Below are positions 1-10,300 of a stretch of 64,000 nt of DNA, piece by piece. The stretch is taken from positions 1,052,083 to 1,116,082 of the forward strand of contig NW_019091355.1 of NCBI RefSeq assembly GCF_001949145.1. Direction: 5' to 3'. How positions within the stretch are numbered: position 1 is the stretch's first letter; each line of letters begins with the position of its first letter. The translations under genes were made by a program, and so were the position numbers. Below the pieces are notes generated by a model. It saw nothing but the letters and a program-made list of their open reading frames with translations. It was not told the DNA's origin and did not search any database. The stretch comes from Acanthaster planci. Its lineage: Eukaryota.

Positions 1-2132
1 TCATTTCAAGACTCAGGCATGAATGTGCATTTACTGGAATGATCAGAACAGACATGCTACACATGACCAGAATTAACTAATACCAGCACTCCATGCAATG
101 CCGACAGCCACTGGTGAGCACATGGGAAGACATTCCAACGCAAAATGTACGAAATAAAAGAAAACAAAAAGCAAAATAATACAAAGCGCACTAAGTCCAG
201 CCAGAGAAGACAAAACAAAACAACTCACTAAACTTTCAACAAAAGCAACGGCACGCAGGAAAAGAAGTCGCAGCCAGATTCCACTTGACAAAAATAAAGA
301 AGAGAGAAATGTGCATCCACGTAGTAACACAACTGTTTCATGGTGCCTTTATCACATTGCACAAGTTACGTTAAGTAGTCAGACTAAGCTTCGGTGTACA
401 AAAGCCAGCCTGCAGGGCAAGTAGCATTATAAAATACTGGCTAGTCAAGTATTTTTGGACGAGTGCAAGTACGAGCTCTGTCAGGAAGGGGTTCAGTGTG
501 AAGGTAAGTACTAACACTCATGAGTTTGCACTCTTTGGTGAGCAACGTCAAGTAAACAAGGTGAAACTCGATACAAAGACTTCTGTTTTGAAAAAACGAA
601 GTGCCGGTTGATTACAGTAGTTGAGTAGTGCTTTCACTGGTGGTCTAGGATGAGTAATGTAGTGAGAAAAGGCTACCCACTGACAGTCAAGTGTACAATG
701 AGGACTACGAGAAGACAGATGGGACTGGAGAGCGAGCACGAGTTCTACAACACTGCAGTCAAACCTGTGGGGGTCGGGCGCCCGTGGCCTGCGGCCAAAC
801 AGGGCGGCCGGCCACCTTGTCCGGGTTGCGCGCGAGCGCGAGGGCGCTGGTTGGTGGCGTCATGAGGCTGGCCACGCCGGGCAGGTGCTCTGTGCTGGGG
901 GCGGGCCAGAAAGCTAGGTTTGACTGGAGCTGAGAGGAGAGCGAGAAAAGAAGTGGGGAAAAAGAAAAAAAAAAGAACACACAGGGTGTTGTGTTCAGAG
1001 CATGAAGCTGGCAGAGTCAAAGGTGATGAATGGATTGGGAGGAGTAATTTCATTCAATTCAAGCCAGGGGTGGCAGCTTACTTTCATTACTCTTGGCTCT
1101 ATGCAGCAGTCTTAAAAAAAACAAGAACTTTGTATCACTGGCGACAAAGGTGCTCTTCGATTCAAATGTCAGCATAGAGAGAGAAAGGGTAATGGGGAAT
1201 CACTTTTTCAATTTGATCTAATTTCATCTTTGTCATTTCAGTGCATTTTGTGAAGGAAAGAATCCCTGACCTTGAGGACTGGACTGTGGATAAGCTCGTA
1301 CAGTCAGTCAGCATGCATAGCAGAGGCATTGCTGGTTAAATGCATAAGGACTGGTGACAAATTTCATGTTCTTTTTTTTGCTATAAGATTCTAAAAACAC
1401 CTGTACAAAATAAACTCAACCCTCCAAGTTCCTTCAAAATCCACCAAGAGATTTTGGAGGCTTTTGTAGGATTGAGCAAAGTAAAGCCTGGCTGGCTGCT
1501 GCTTTCCATGAGGGCTCAATGCCCTTTAGACTTTAGACGATTCAAGTAAGTTCCTGGCACAAAAGTCAAGGTAGTTAGTGCTCATGAAACTCTCTTGTGT
1601 TAAAGTCAACGACATGTATGCATCAATACAAATTATAGTACAAGTCTAGTTCCCCATGGACCGTGTACGCTATGATCATGTATGGTTGGGGGGATAGTAT
1701 TCTTGTGCTATCCCATGCTGCACTGCAATGATTGTGACTGTCAGCTTACAGACTCACCTGCAAAACCCAAAGCCAGTTCTGTGGAGCTTAGTCAAAGTTC
1801 ATGCTCACCCAAAAGCAACAGCTACAGAAATTACTTAACAAATGGCATTTCGTCTGATTACTTGTGTTTACTGAGCAAAACTTTTCCTGCACTAAGGAGG
1901 CTTTTGTGGTGCAGTTCTATGACCCCCCCAAAAAAACAAAGTGTAACTAAAAATTCTCAACACAAGTCTAGTTCCCAATCATGCGAATATGCTTAAGACG
2001 TGTTCCAGCATGGTAACTTGAGACAGACAAAGTCCATCCTATAGGGCAACACAACAATGAACATAAACTCTAGTGGTCAGCACTGGGAATGAAGTTTGGT
2101 GGCTAGGAGCTTGACCACAGAATGGCATGGTT
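1..2132 (-). other. Region 3' of the TET stop (probable 3' UTR and/or alternative 3' introns)
   Basis: Follows TAA at 2135-2133 and is U-rich in the sense direction near the window start. I saw no clear AATAAA, so the transcript may run beyond position 1. Confidence 0.6.
759..929 (-). CDS. Putative additional or alternative 3' coding exon (LQSNLAFWPAPSTEHL...ARPPQV*)
   Basis: Preceded by a pyrimidine tract of about 45 nt ending ctcctctcag| (AG at 931-930). 56 open codons with about 80% G/C at third positions by hand count. GC/CpG-rich against AT-rich flanks. Confidence 0.55.
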   Translation of the reverse strand, partial: LQSNLAFWPAPSTEHLPGVASLMTPPTSALALARNPDKVAGRPVWPQATGARPPQV

Positions 2133-4328
2133 TTACACCCATTTCTGGTACGGCCCTGTTACTGTTGGGAAAGCTGTGGAGGCCAGAGTCGTGACTGTGT
2201 TGGTAACAGGTGTCTGGGCATGCTTGGTTGGTACCTTCTTGGATGCAGAGCTGCATTTTACCTTGGTTTTGTCGGGGATGACTGTGTCATCACTGGCTGA
2301 GAGGCGTCGCTTGCGACCTTTGCGTGGGGGAGGCGTTTCTCCATTCAGCCGGGCTGTCTCTTCAGCTTCATCCTGCCTGGCCTGCATCTTACGCTCGTAT
2401 TCCTCTAAGCCGTGGTGACGGAAGTTCATGTGCTTGTGCTGGTAGAAAACCAAGCTGATGCGCGTGGGCTTCTGCCTGTGCGGGTTCCGGATGGATGTGG
2501 TGGCGTGGAGCTCGCGCTTGGCAGCCTCAAACAGGATGGAGCCGTGGGAGAGCGCAATGGCCACGCCTCCGATGGTTGGGTCCCGGAAGCACTCCTCGCT
2601 GTCCGAGATGCACTCAATCTCCTGGGGCTCCTCTGGCTTCGGAGAGGGCTGGGGAGGGAGCGCAGAGGGGGTGGGGTTGCTGGGACTTGGCCCGGCTGCC
2701 TCCATGAGTCGCAGATGCTCGGCAATCGTTTTTGACTTATCGTGCTGTTGCTGGTGGGAGGATGTCGAAGGAGTTGAGACTTCATGGAGCCTTGGGTATG
2801 GTTTGCTGTCTTGTGATGGGTAGCTTTGAGAAAGATCACGTCGGGCTGTACTGTGCTCCTGGTGTGCTTGTTGTTGTGGGTAGGTGCTATACTGCCGACT
2901 GTCAGAGGAATTCCTACTCTGTGAAGCAGATGAGGGCTCTCGATGACCAAAGCTTGGATAGTCTCTGTGCTGGTGGCTACCCTCCTGTGGGTAAGCACTC
3001 CTTTGATCCCCTTGGCTCTTACTCCGATCATGGAATGCTGATCCGTAAGGGGGAGTGCCCTGGTTCGGGTAACTGTGATGCTCTTGGGATGGGGTGCTCT
3101 CACGGGAGGGGCTGTTCTGAAAGACTGGCGGCCGCCAAATCCCATCCTTGTGGCCAGCTTGGCTGGCAGGTGGATGGTGACTCAGATCTTGCCTCAGCCC
3201 ATTAGGGGGTGGGTTTTGAGTGTACTTGGACTCTGCAGATGAAGAGGTGCTCGGTCTGGGAGTGTGGTGGTCTCTGCTCAAGTCCATTTGGTCCACCCGG
3301 GAGTTGCCATACCCGGATGCAGCAGCTGCCCCTGGATGCTGTGCTCCGTACTTCATGCTGAAGGTGTTGTACAGTGCATCACGCTCACTCCTGCTCGACG
3401 CCTTCATCAGGTTACTCAGCTGGTTCATGTCGGGTTTGACATCTTCCATGGAGAGTCCGGTAAAATGAGGGTAGCGCATGTAGGGGTGGGCGAGTATGTA
3501 GGGGTCATTGCCGTACTGACTCATGAAGCGAGCCAGGGCCTGATTCTGTTGTAGGTGTTCGTGGGCTGCCAGCCCCACCATACCTGGATGGGCGTAAGGT
3601 GGGAGAAACATACGGGGTTGATGTGGGTACAGGCGGGCCCATTCCGGGTGCAAGCTTGCTGCGGCAGCGGCTGCCGCGTTCATCTGCATGGCTTCCCGCT
3701 GCATGCTCTCATACATCATTGGGTGTAAGGCATGCAATTCCGGCCTCAGCGCAGCCGCTGCAGCCAAGCTACTGGGGGTCAGCTCAACGCCGGGCCATGC
3801 TGCCCGGACTTGCTCCACGCTTTGTTGGTACTGAGGCCACAGGTGAGGGGGGATCTGCATGACTTGGGCCTGGGACTGTGAGGGCAACGAGGTGGTCCCA
3901 GACGTGGACTGCTCCTTGCTGCTCTTTGCCAAGGAGGCTTTGGCATCAGCATCTCTGTGACTCGAATTGCTGCTGGCGTGGCTGCTCTGATGATGGCTGT
4001 TGCCTTGCGGTGTTGCTGCTCTAGCCGCGGCAGCTGCCGCAGCTGCTGCTGCAGCTTTGCCACGGCTAGGGCTGTTCTTGTCCCCATGCCTGCTTGTACG
4101 GACTTGTGCACCCTTGGGGATGACCGGGTCCTGTTTGGGTCGGAGCCTGGACTTGTGCCGGTAGTGGGTCAAGACCTCGATGGAGCCACGTCGCACTTTC
4201 TCCTGTTGGCCCTCCATGCTGCCCATCTCGTCAGTGTTGTCTAAGTAGTACAGAGGCAAGACGTGCAGCTGCTCGTCGCCTGGGTCCGGCACACGGTCCC
4301 GAATCTCATCTTTTGTCAATGTCACCAC
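2133..4328 (-). CDS. TET: TET terminal coding exon: DSBH, low-complexity insert, second DSBH half and C-terminal tail
   Basis: Acceptor tacaacag|GTG; 731 open codons. Contains [47 protein letters not shown] and [13 protein letters not shown]. Confidence 0.97.
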   Translation of the reverse strand: MVTLTKDEIRDRVPDPGDEQLHVLPLYYLDNTDEMGSMEGQQEKVRRGSIEVLTHYRHKSRLRPKQDPVIPKGAQVRTSRHGDKNSPSRGKAAAAAAAAAAARAATPQGNSHHQSSHASSNSSHRDADAKASLAKSSKEQSTSGTTSLPSQSQAQVMQIPPHLWPQYQQSVEQVRAAWPGVELTPSSLAAAAALRPELHALHPMMYESMQREAMQMNAAAAAAASLHPEWARLYPHQPRMFLPPYAHPGMVGLAAHEHLQQNQALARFMSQYGNDPYILAHPYMRYPHFTGLSMEDVKPDMNQLSNLMKASSRSERDALYNTFSMKYGAQHPGAAAASGYGNSRVDQMDLSRDHHTPRPSTSSSAESKYTQNPPPNGLRQDLSHHPPASQAGHKDGIWRPPVFQNSPSRESTPSQEHHSYPNQGTPPYGSAFHDRSKSQGDQRSAYPQEGSHQHRDYPSFGHREPSSASQSRNSSDSRQYSTYPQQQAHQEHSTARRDLSQSYPSQDSKPYPRLHEVSTPSTSSHQQQHDKSKTIAEHLRLMEAAGPSPSNPTPSALPPQPSPKPEEPQEIECISDSEECFRDPTIGGVAIALSHGSILFEAAKRELHATTSIRNPHRQKPTRISLVFYQHKHMNFRHHGLEEYERKMQARQDEAEETARLNGETPPPRKGRKRRLSASDDTVIPDKTKVKCSSASKKVPTKHAQTPVTNTVTTLASTAFPTVTGPYQKWV

Positions 4329-7300
4329 CTGTTGTAGAAAGACACAATCAGTTTTGAGGTGCCAGAGAAGATACGACTATGATCGTGTGATTACGATCAT
4401 TACAATTCTCAACCATGAGTTCCAGAAGGGCTGACCCTACGTCTGTCAAACAGTAACGCTTAGTTCACCAATTCCTGTCACTCAAATGATCAAACCAACC
4501 CCAACTCTATGAACTGGAGGAGGCCCAAAATGCTTTCAAGGTTTGTCCTAAAAAGGTTGTATCCCTACTTTCCTCATAAAATCATAAATGGCTTGAAAAA
4601 TCCCAAGCAAGAACAAAAAAAAATTGAACACAGAGGTGAACAGAAGTCATGATTGTACTTTTAAAGATTCCGTTCAAGTAAATGAAAAGGCCGTTCAACA
4701 ACTCTTGGCAACTTTGATAATGACAGATCACGGTGGGCACAGACTCGATGAAACTTACCACTGTGCAACCATTGTTCATATTCTGTTGGTCCCTGTGGGC
4801 ATGAGCGCAGAAGTCCATGCAAGCCGTGACGCCAGAGAACGGCCTACCCTCACCCCATCCAAGCCTGCACTCGGACCCCATCTTCTCAAACAAAACCTGA
4901 TAATAAAAGAAAAATGAAGAATGATGTCCTGCACTTTGTCTTTTTGACTCTGAGAGAATGCTTCCAACTTGAGAGAACATTCAAAAACTTGAATACTGGG
5001 ATAAATACATATAGGCTGTCAGTTTTAACTTCACTGATTGAGCGTATGAGGCATATGATAGGGAGGCCTCCAAACTAAAGTTGTACGTAATACCGACTGA
5101 GCTTTATCTTACTGTATCTCACAAAATTCTTCACACACCCGGTAGTTTCTGAAAGAACAACGTAAAGAGCTAACCAATCTGGCAATTTAATTGAAGAAAG
5201 CCTGCCTGCCTGCACAAACCTGATTTCGGAAGGAATCTGGGGCCAGCTGTCGGTAGAGTGGAGAGATTTCTGTGGCCAGCCACTGCAGCTTGTTCTCCAA
5301 CATCTCCTCCTGACGATAGAAAAGGAAAAACGCTGAAGTACAGACTTGTCCATACATCAACCAATGCATCAACTAAACAAACCACTCTCACCTGAACGGC
5401 ATTAGCTTTCCACAGAAAATACAGTGGCTACTTTAGTCTATAACAAGTATGCATGTCTTCAAGATGTATTTTTGCGTTGGGGAGAAGTTAATTTATATAA
5501 CGGGTTTTGCCCTTACCCAACGTATATATTAATAAACACTGTATGCTCGGTGCTTGTCCGAGAGCTTGCGAAAAAAGTCACAAGCTTACTCGGGTGGGAC
5601 TCGAACCCACGACCTCCTGCTTACTAGTGCAGACGTCTTAACCACTCGACCACTGAGCTTACCGGGGTCGGCTGGCCGGTCCGAGTCAGGTGAAGCAGTG
5701 GGGAGGCGAACTTTTTTTTTTTTTGCATGTATTACGCTCTAATTTTAGCATGCAGGCACACGGTGCATTTCCCAAGCTACATGTAGTAGTTAGTTAGTAG
5801 CAACTTTTGGTTCGCTGTCTGGTCTGTGACGTGCATGCTGAAGAGAAGGGATACCTTTTCAGCATCGGCATTATCCTGCAGCTTAAACTTCTTTGGTGTC
5901 TTGCTGCGAGCAAACTTGCAGCTATTGTAGTACATTGACCAGGAGCAACCAAACGAGAACGAGGCGCCACAAGATTCAGGATCAAAGCCCTGGCAGGCAC
6001 AGGTCTTTCTGCAAATGAAAAAACGGGAACTTCTGACACCACTGCCTACGAAACCCTAAGAGTTTAGGCCTTTTTTGCAATTACGAAGATGTCCATATTT
6101 CAGTTGACTGTTCAGGCATGTGGACCCCATCTAAACTGCACACCACACTGTAAGACTGTACACATTCTGTTGAAAATTGGCCCTGTGTTCTGGACCTCAT
6201 ACACACAGGCCTGCTTATGTATTGTCATACAGCACCATCTACAGTTCCTCTACCATGTCCACAATGCAAAGTGGAGATCGAAGAGTTTTGTGCACAATCA
6301 GTTGAAAACTTGTCATGTCATCTACAATTTTTTGTGGATGCCAAAGGCTTTTTAAAGTTGAAGTTCACTTCAAACAGGAAAGTCCCATCAGGTGATGATG
6401 CCGGACACTTACTCTTCATTGACTGCACAGCGGCGCACAGTTGGGATGGCTCCAGAAGGAAGCGTCTGGGTCAATATGTCGTACAGGTTGTCTGCTTCCT
6501 TGCGAGGGCAGCCCTCCCAGGCAACAGTGGCTATGATGATGTAGGCCGTCTCGCAGTGGTGGCCAGGTCGATTTCGCACCAGCACCAAGATCTTCTCTTC
6601 TGGTCCTGAACGTCTCAAGATCTAACACGATAAACGCAAACAAAGTTTTGAGCTAACTCGTGGCCAGTCTTAATGTGTTTACTGGTAGCTGGTTGTATAT
6701 GACATCACAACATCACACCAATCGATGACGTTAGTCAACAAGCCCACCACGAAGTCCCTTTGTAACAAGCCATCCATTCCTAAGCCAAGTTACAAGCTAT
6801 TCACACGAACTTTGACCAAAGCCAATCCGTTCGTCATTGTTCATCCGGCATCTTGTGACAAGTCTTGTGATGGACATGACTACAGCCCCAAACCTTTTGT
6901 CACTTGCAAAGCCCATCCATCTGCACTCACCCACTTTGCGATGGGACAGCCCAAGGAGCTCTTGCCCTCCTTCCCGGAGAAAACCAATTTCTCGATCCGA
7001 ATGCAGTTACCTTTGTGGCCGAACCTGGGAGTTTAGGAAATCCAAACAGTGTGGTCACCACATTAAAAGACTTAATCAGTTATTAGCTTACATTGGTAAG
7101 TTGTGTTTGTTTCATAGAGCTAAAATTTCGCACATTTGTAATATCAAGATTCCGTATGGGATATCGCAAGTCTCAAATCTAATTACATGTATCTACTGAT
7201 AGTCCACCATATTTGTGCTGCATACAAAAAGGGTGACAAAAGGAACGTCTGGTACCAAGTCTCTGTTAAACACAACTGAATAACAATCATGCCAACAGAC

Positions 7301-10300
7301 TACTGAATGGGTCTCTTCTCAAGGAGTTGGGTACATGACAAAGCATCGTGATGGTTCACAATGAAAATTTGGTGACACATTTGAACAAAAGAATTACGGT
7401 CCTTAGGACGGTTGCGCACCTTTTCTCCATCATTTCTCTGATTGCTGCGACAGACCGACCTGCTCCAAGATGTGTGTAGTACGGTGCCTCATCACGATCA
7501 TTCTCTGTATCAGATATGAACAAAAAAAATTGTCTGAATTTATATGAGCTTTGAAATAAGAATAAAGCAGAGATCAAAAGCCTTGAATAATGACAGATTA
7601 ATATTAATTTCTAGGTTGGAAAGCTTGGGTTTCTAATCTAATGTAAAATTGAAAACATAAAATATTTCCCCACAGCATGATTTGATGGCTCTGTGGTAGA
7701 ACATAGAGATGTGATGTAAGGAAACATCCCAACTCTGGGATAAACAGAGATTGGCAAAACCCTAAGGGCTGGCTTGAACACTGATTTGAATCCACTAAAC
7801 AAGGCATCATTGAGTTGGCCTTCATGTACCTGGTAAGAGTGCTACTCGACTCACCTAAGCATCCACAGTCGGGCATCTCCTCCTTCATGTCCTCTTCCAG
7901 CATCTTCCGATGGAGCTCAGCCGGAGTCAGCTTCCGTGGAGTCAGGTCCTTGTCTGTAGTGGCCTTGCTCTCTCCTGCCTCTGAGCCAGTGCTGGGCTTC
8001 GTGGAGGATGCCAGAAGTGTCTGACTGGGCAGAGGGTAAAGGGAACGGCCGGTGGATTTCATGGCGGCTGAAGCTGAGATGCCGCTCTGTGAGCCGGGTG
8101 GCATGACGCCGGGAACCGGCAGGCCGGGGAAACCGGTCACAGTCATTGGAGGTAACGTGATCCCGCTGGGCCGGTTGTGCTCTGCCTTGAGACCCTTGTG
8201 GTCAGATTTGGTCTTGGAGTCTGTCCGGTGGTGCTTCTCTGATTTGGACTTCTTCTCTGAGGAGTGTTCGGATTTTGACGAAACTGGAACAGAAGAGATG
8301 GCTGCAACAGAAGGGGATGGGGACTCAGAGGAAGGCCCACTGCTGAGGAAGCCAGGGGGCGGACGCTTCTCGTGAGGGCGTTGAGAGTCATGGGGGCGCT
8401 GTTCGTGGGGTCGCTGCTCGTGATTCCCTGAGAAGTGAGCGGGTGGGAAGGGGAAATGCCGCGCTGATATAGAAGAGCTGAGGGAGAGAAGTGATTCGGC
8501 AGCATCCACAGGAGAAAGGGCTTTCCTCTCTGAGGATGGTGATTGCAATGATGTAGGGGTTGTTGTGCTATTGCTTCCTTTGTGGTCAGGTGTGCCCCTG
8601 TCTTGGATATGACTGGTGGGAGTCGGCGGATTGCTCGGCTTGGATGAGCCGAGAGTTGGGAAAGTAAATGACGGGTAGGACTGGATGCTGGATGACCGGC
8701 TGTGGTTGCTGTTCAGCATCGGAGGCAGCGCCTCTTTGGCCGTGACTGCAGCACTGCTCTGCAGCTGCAGTTTCTTGTCAAAGTACTGTCCATGCGTAGG
8801 TGGCGAAGGGCTGCCTGTTGGCTTGCCTGTAGCCGTGACAGGTGCCGCAGAGTAACCCCCGGGTCCTTTTCCTGAAGATGGGGTCAGAGTGGTTGCATTG
8901 TCCGGCTTGCTGGAGGCTGCAAAGGCGTACTTGGCATGGGGGTGGTGGTGATGGTGATGGTGGTGGGCTGGGACAGGGATACCCACCGCCTCCCCTACTC
9001 CTTGTTCCTTTTTGATGCTGACCACACCCCCCTCGCCCACTGCCTCAATGGGCTCCCTCCGGCCCTCCCTCTCGGCGGCTTTCGTCATTTCAGCTTGCGG
9101 AGGAAAGTGGTTCATCTTTGGGTAGCCCTCGCTGCTGCTGTACCCGTTCACCATGGGGGGAGGCGGGGGCCAGCTCATGTTGGGAGGGGGTACAGCAGTG
9201 GAAGAGTCGGAGTTTGGGTAATCTGGAGCCGTACTGTTGTGAAGAGGAAGAGTGGTGGGTGGGGAGTTGTGGTTCTCAATGGGGCCATTCTGCACAGGAA
9301 ACACCAAAAAATAGAAACAAATTTTAAGAATATGGTTTCCTTCACCTGATATAAAAAACAATAAGAAAAAGGGGTTCCTCATACAGTTGTAAATGTCCCA
9401 GGTCTTGGTAACCAAGAGGCTGAAAAGTCTTGGAAAGACAACATGCCATGAAGGACATGACCACAGTTAAATGTATGTGCAATCATTTAGGCACATTTTT
9501 TAAAAATCAGACCGGTATTTATCATGACACGAGCATGCTCCATTGGAAGCAAAGACAGTAAGTACCACTTACCATAATAGTGTATAAATACTCTCACATG
9601 ATTACATTCACACACACCACCATCTCCAAAATGGTGGTTATCAACACAGAAAAGCTTCAATACTTTACAAATAAACAAGTCAACTCACTTTACATCCTAA
9701 TTTTTTGTACAAATATACAGAAAAGTGCGAGTGCTTTTCCAAGACATGCTCATATGTACATTATTTCTGTTTTGAAATGCCGCGCCCTTAAGCACATCTA
9801 TATGACTCATAGCTCACAGCTGCGCACGCAGGTGAACAGCAAGACAATTATGAGACTGGACACCCCATTAACAAATGGCCCCTTGCCAACACGCACATAT
9901 ACATACATGTATGCATGCACCAGGCACCCAGGCCAGCATAATGAGGGACTATATTATCGATCTGACCTTTGGTATTAAGAGAATTTTTATTGCTTGTGTG
10001 AAGGCAGCTTGCGCTCATCGGAGCATGATATCCACCACACATACTGGCTGTCTTAAAAGTAACACAGTGACTAAGCCACATATTGCCGACTCGTTGGAGA
10101 AATGTTAACAATCATAACAAAAGCATCAGTCAGGAAGAAGCATTTGTTTAAAATTTTCATTAGCTTTCATTTTTTAAATGTATTTTTTTGGGTTTGTGCT
10201 TGATATGCATGTAATTAAGAGAAAAAAATTAGGTTTAACACAATACATGTGAAATTAATCTAAGTTTACCATGGAAATAAACATGGTTGCAAGCGGCGAT

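Noticed and set aside
125..1320. Single seed matches to miR-7, miR-92, miR-200/141, miR-9 and miR-153
   Set aside because: A handful of single 7-8-mer hits in 2 kb is about what chance predicts across conserved miRNA families.
2103..2135. Stop-codon read-through of TET
   Set aside because: TAA-A context is unfavourable and an in-frame TAG follows after nine codons.
2122..4244. Many + strand and alternate-frame ORFs overlapping the last TET exon
   Set aside because: Shadow ORFs of a GC-rich coding exon; no recognisable domains or splice context.
5588..5659. Functional tRNA gene
   Set aside because: Acceptor stem is mismatched and the anticodon loop is irregular; treated as a tRNA-derived repeat.
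9290..9415. N-terminal part of ORF 7604..9415 as a real start
   Set aside because: It is intronic pyrimidine-rich sequence upstream of the 9289 acceptor.
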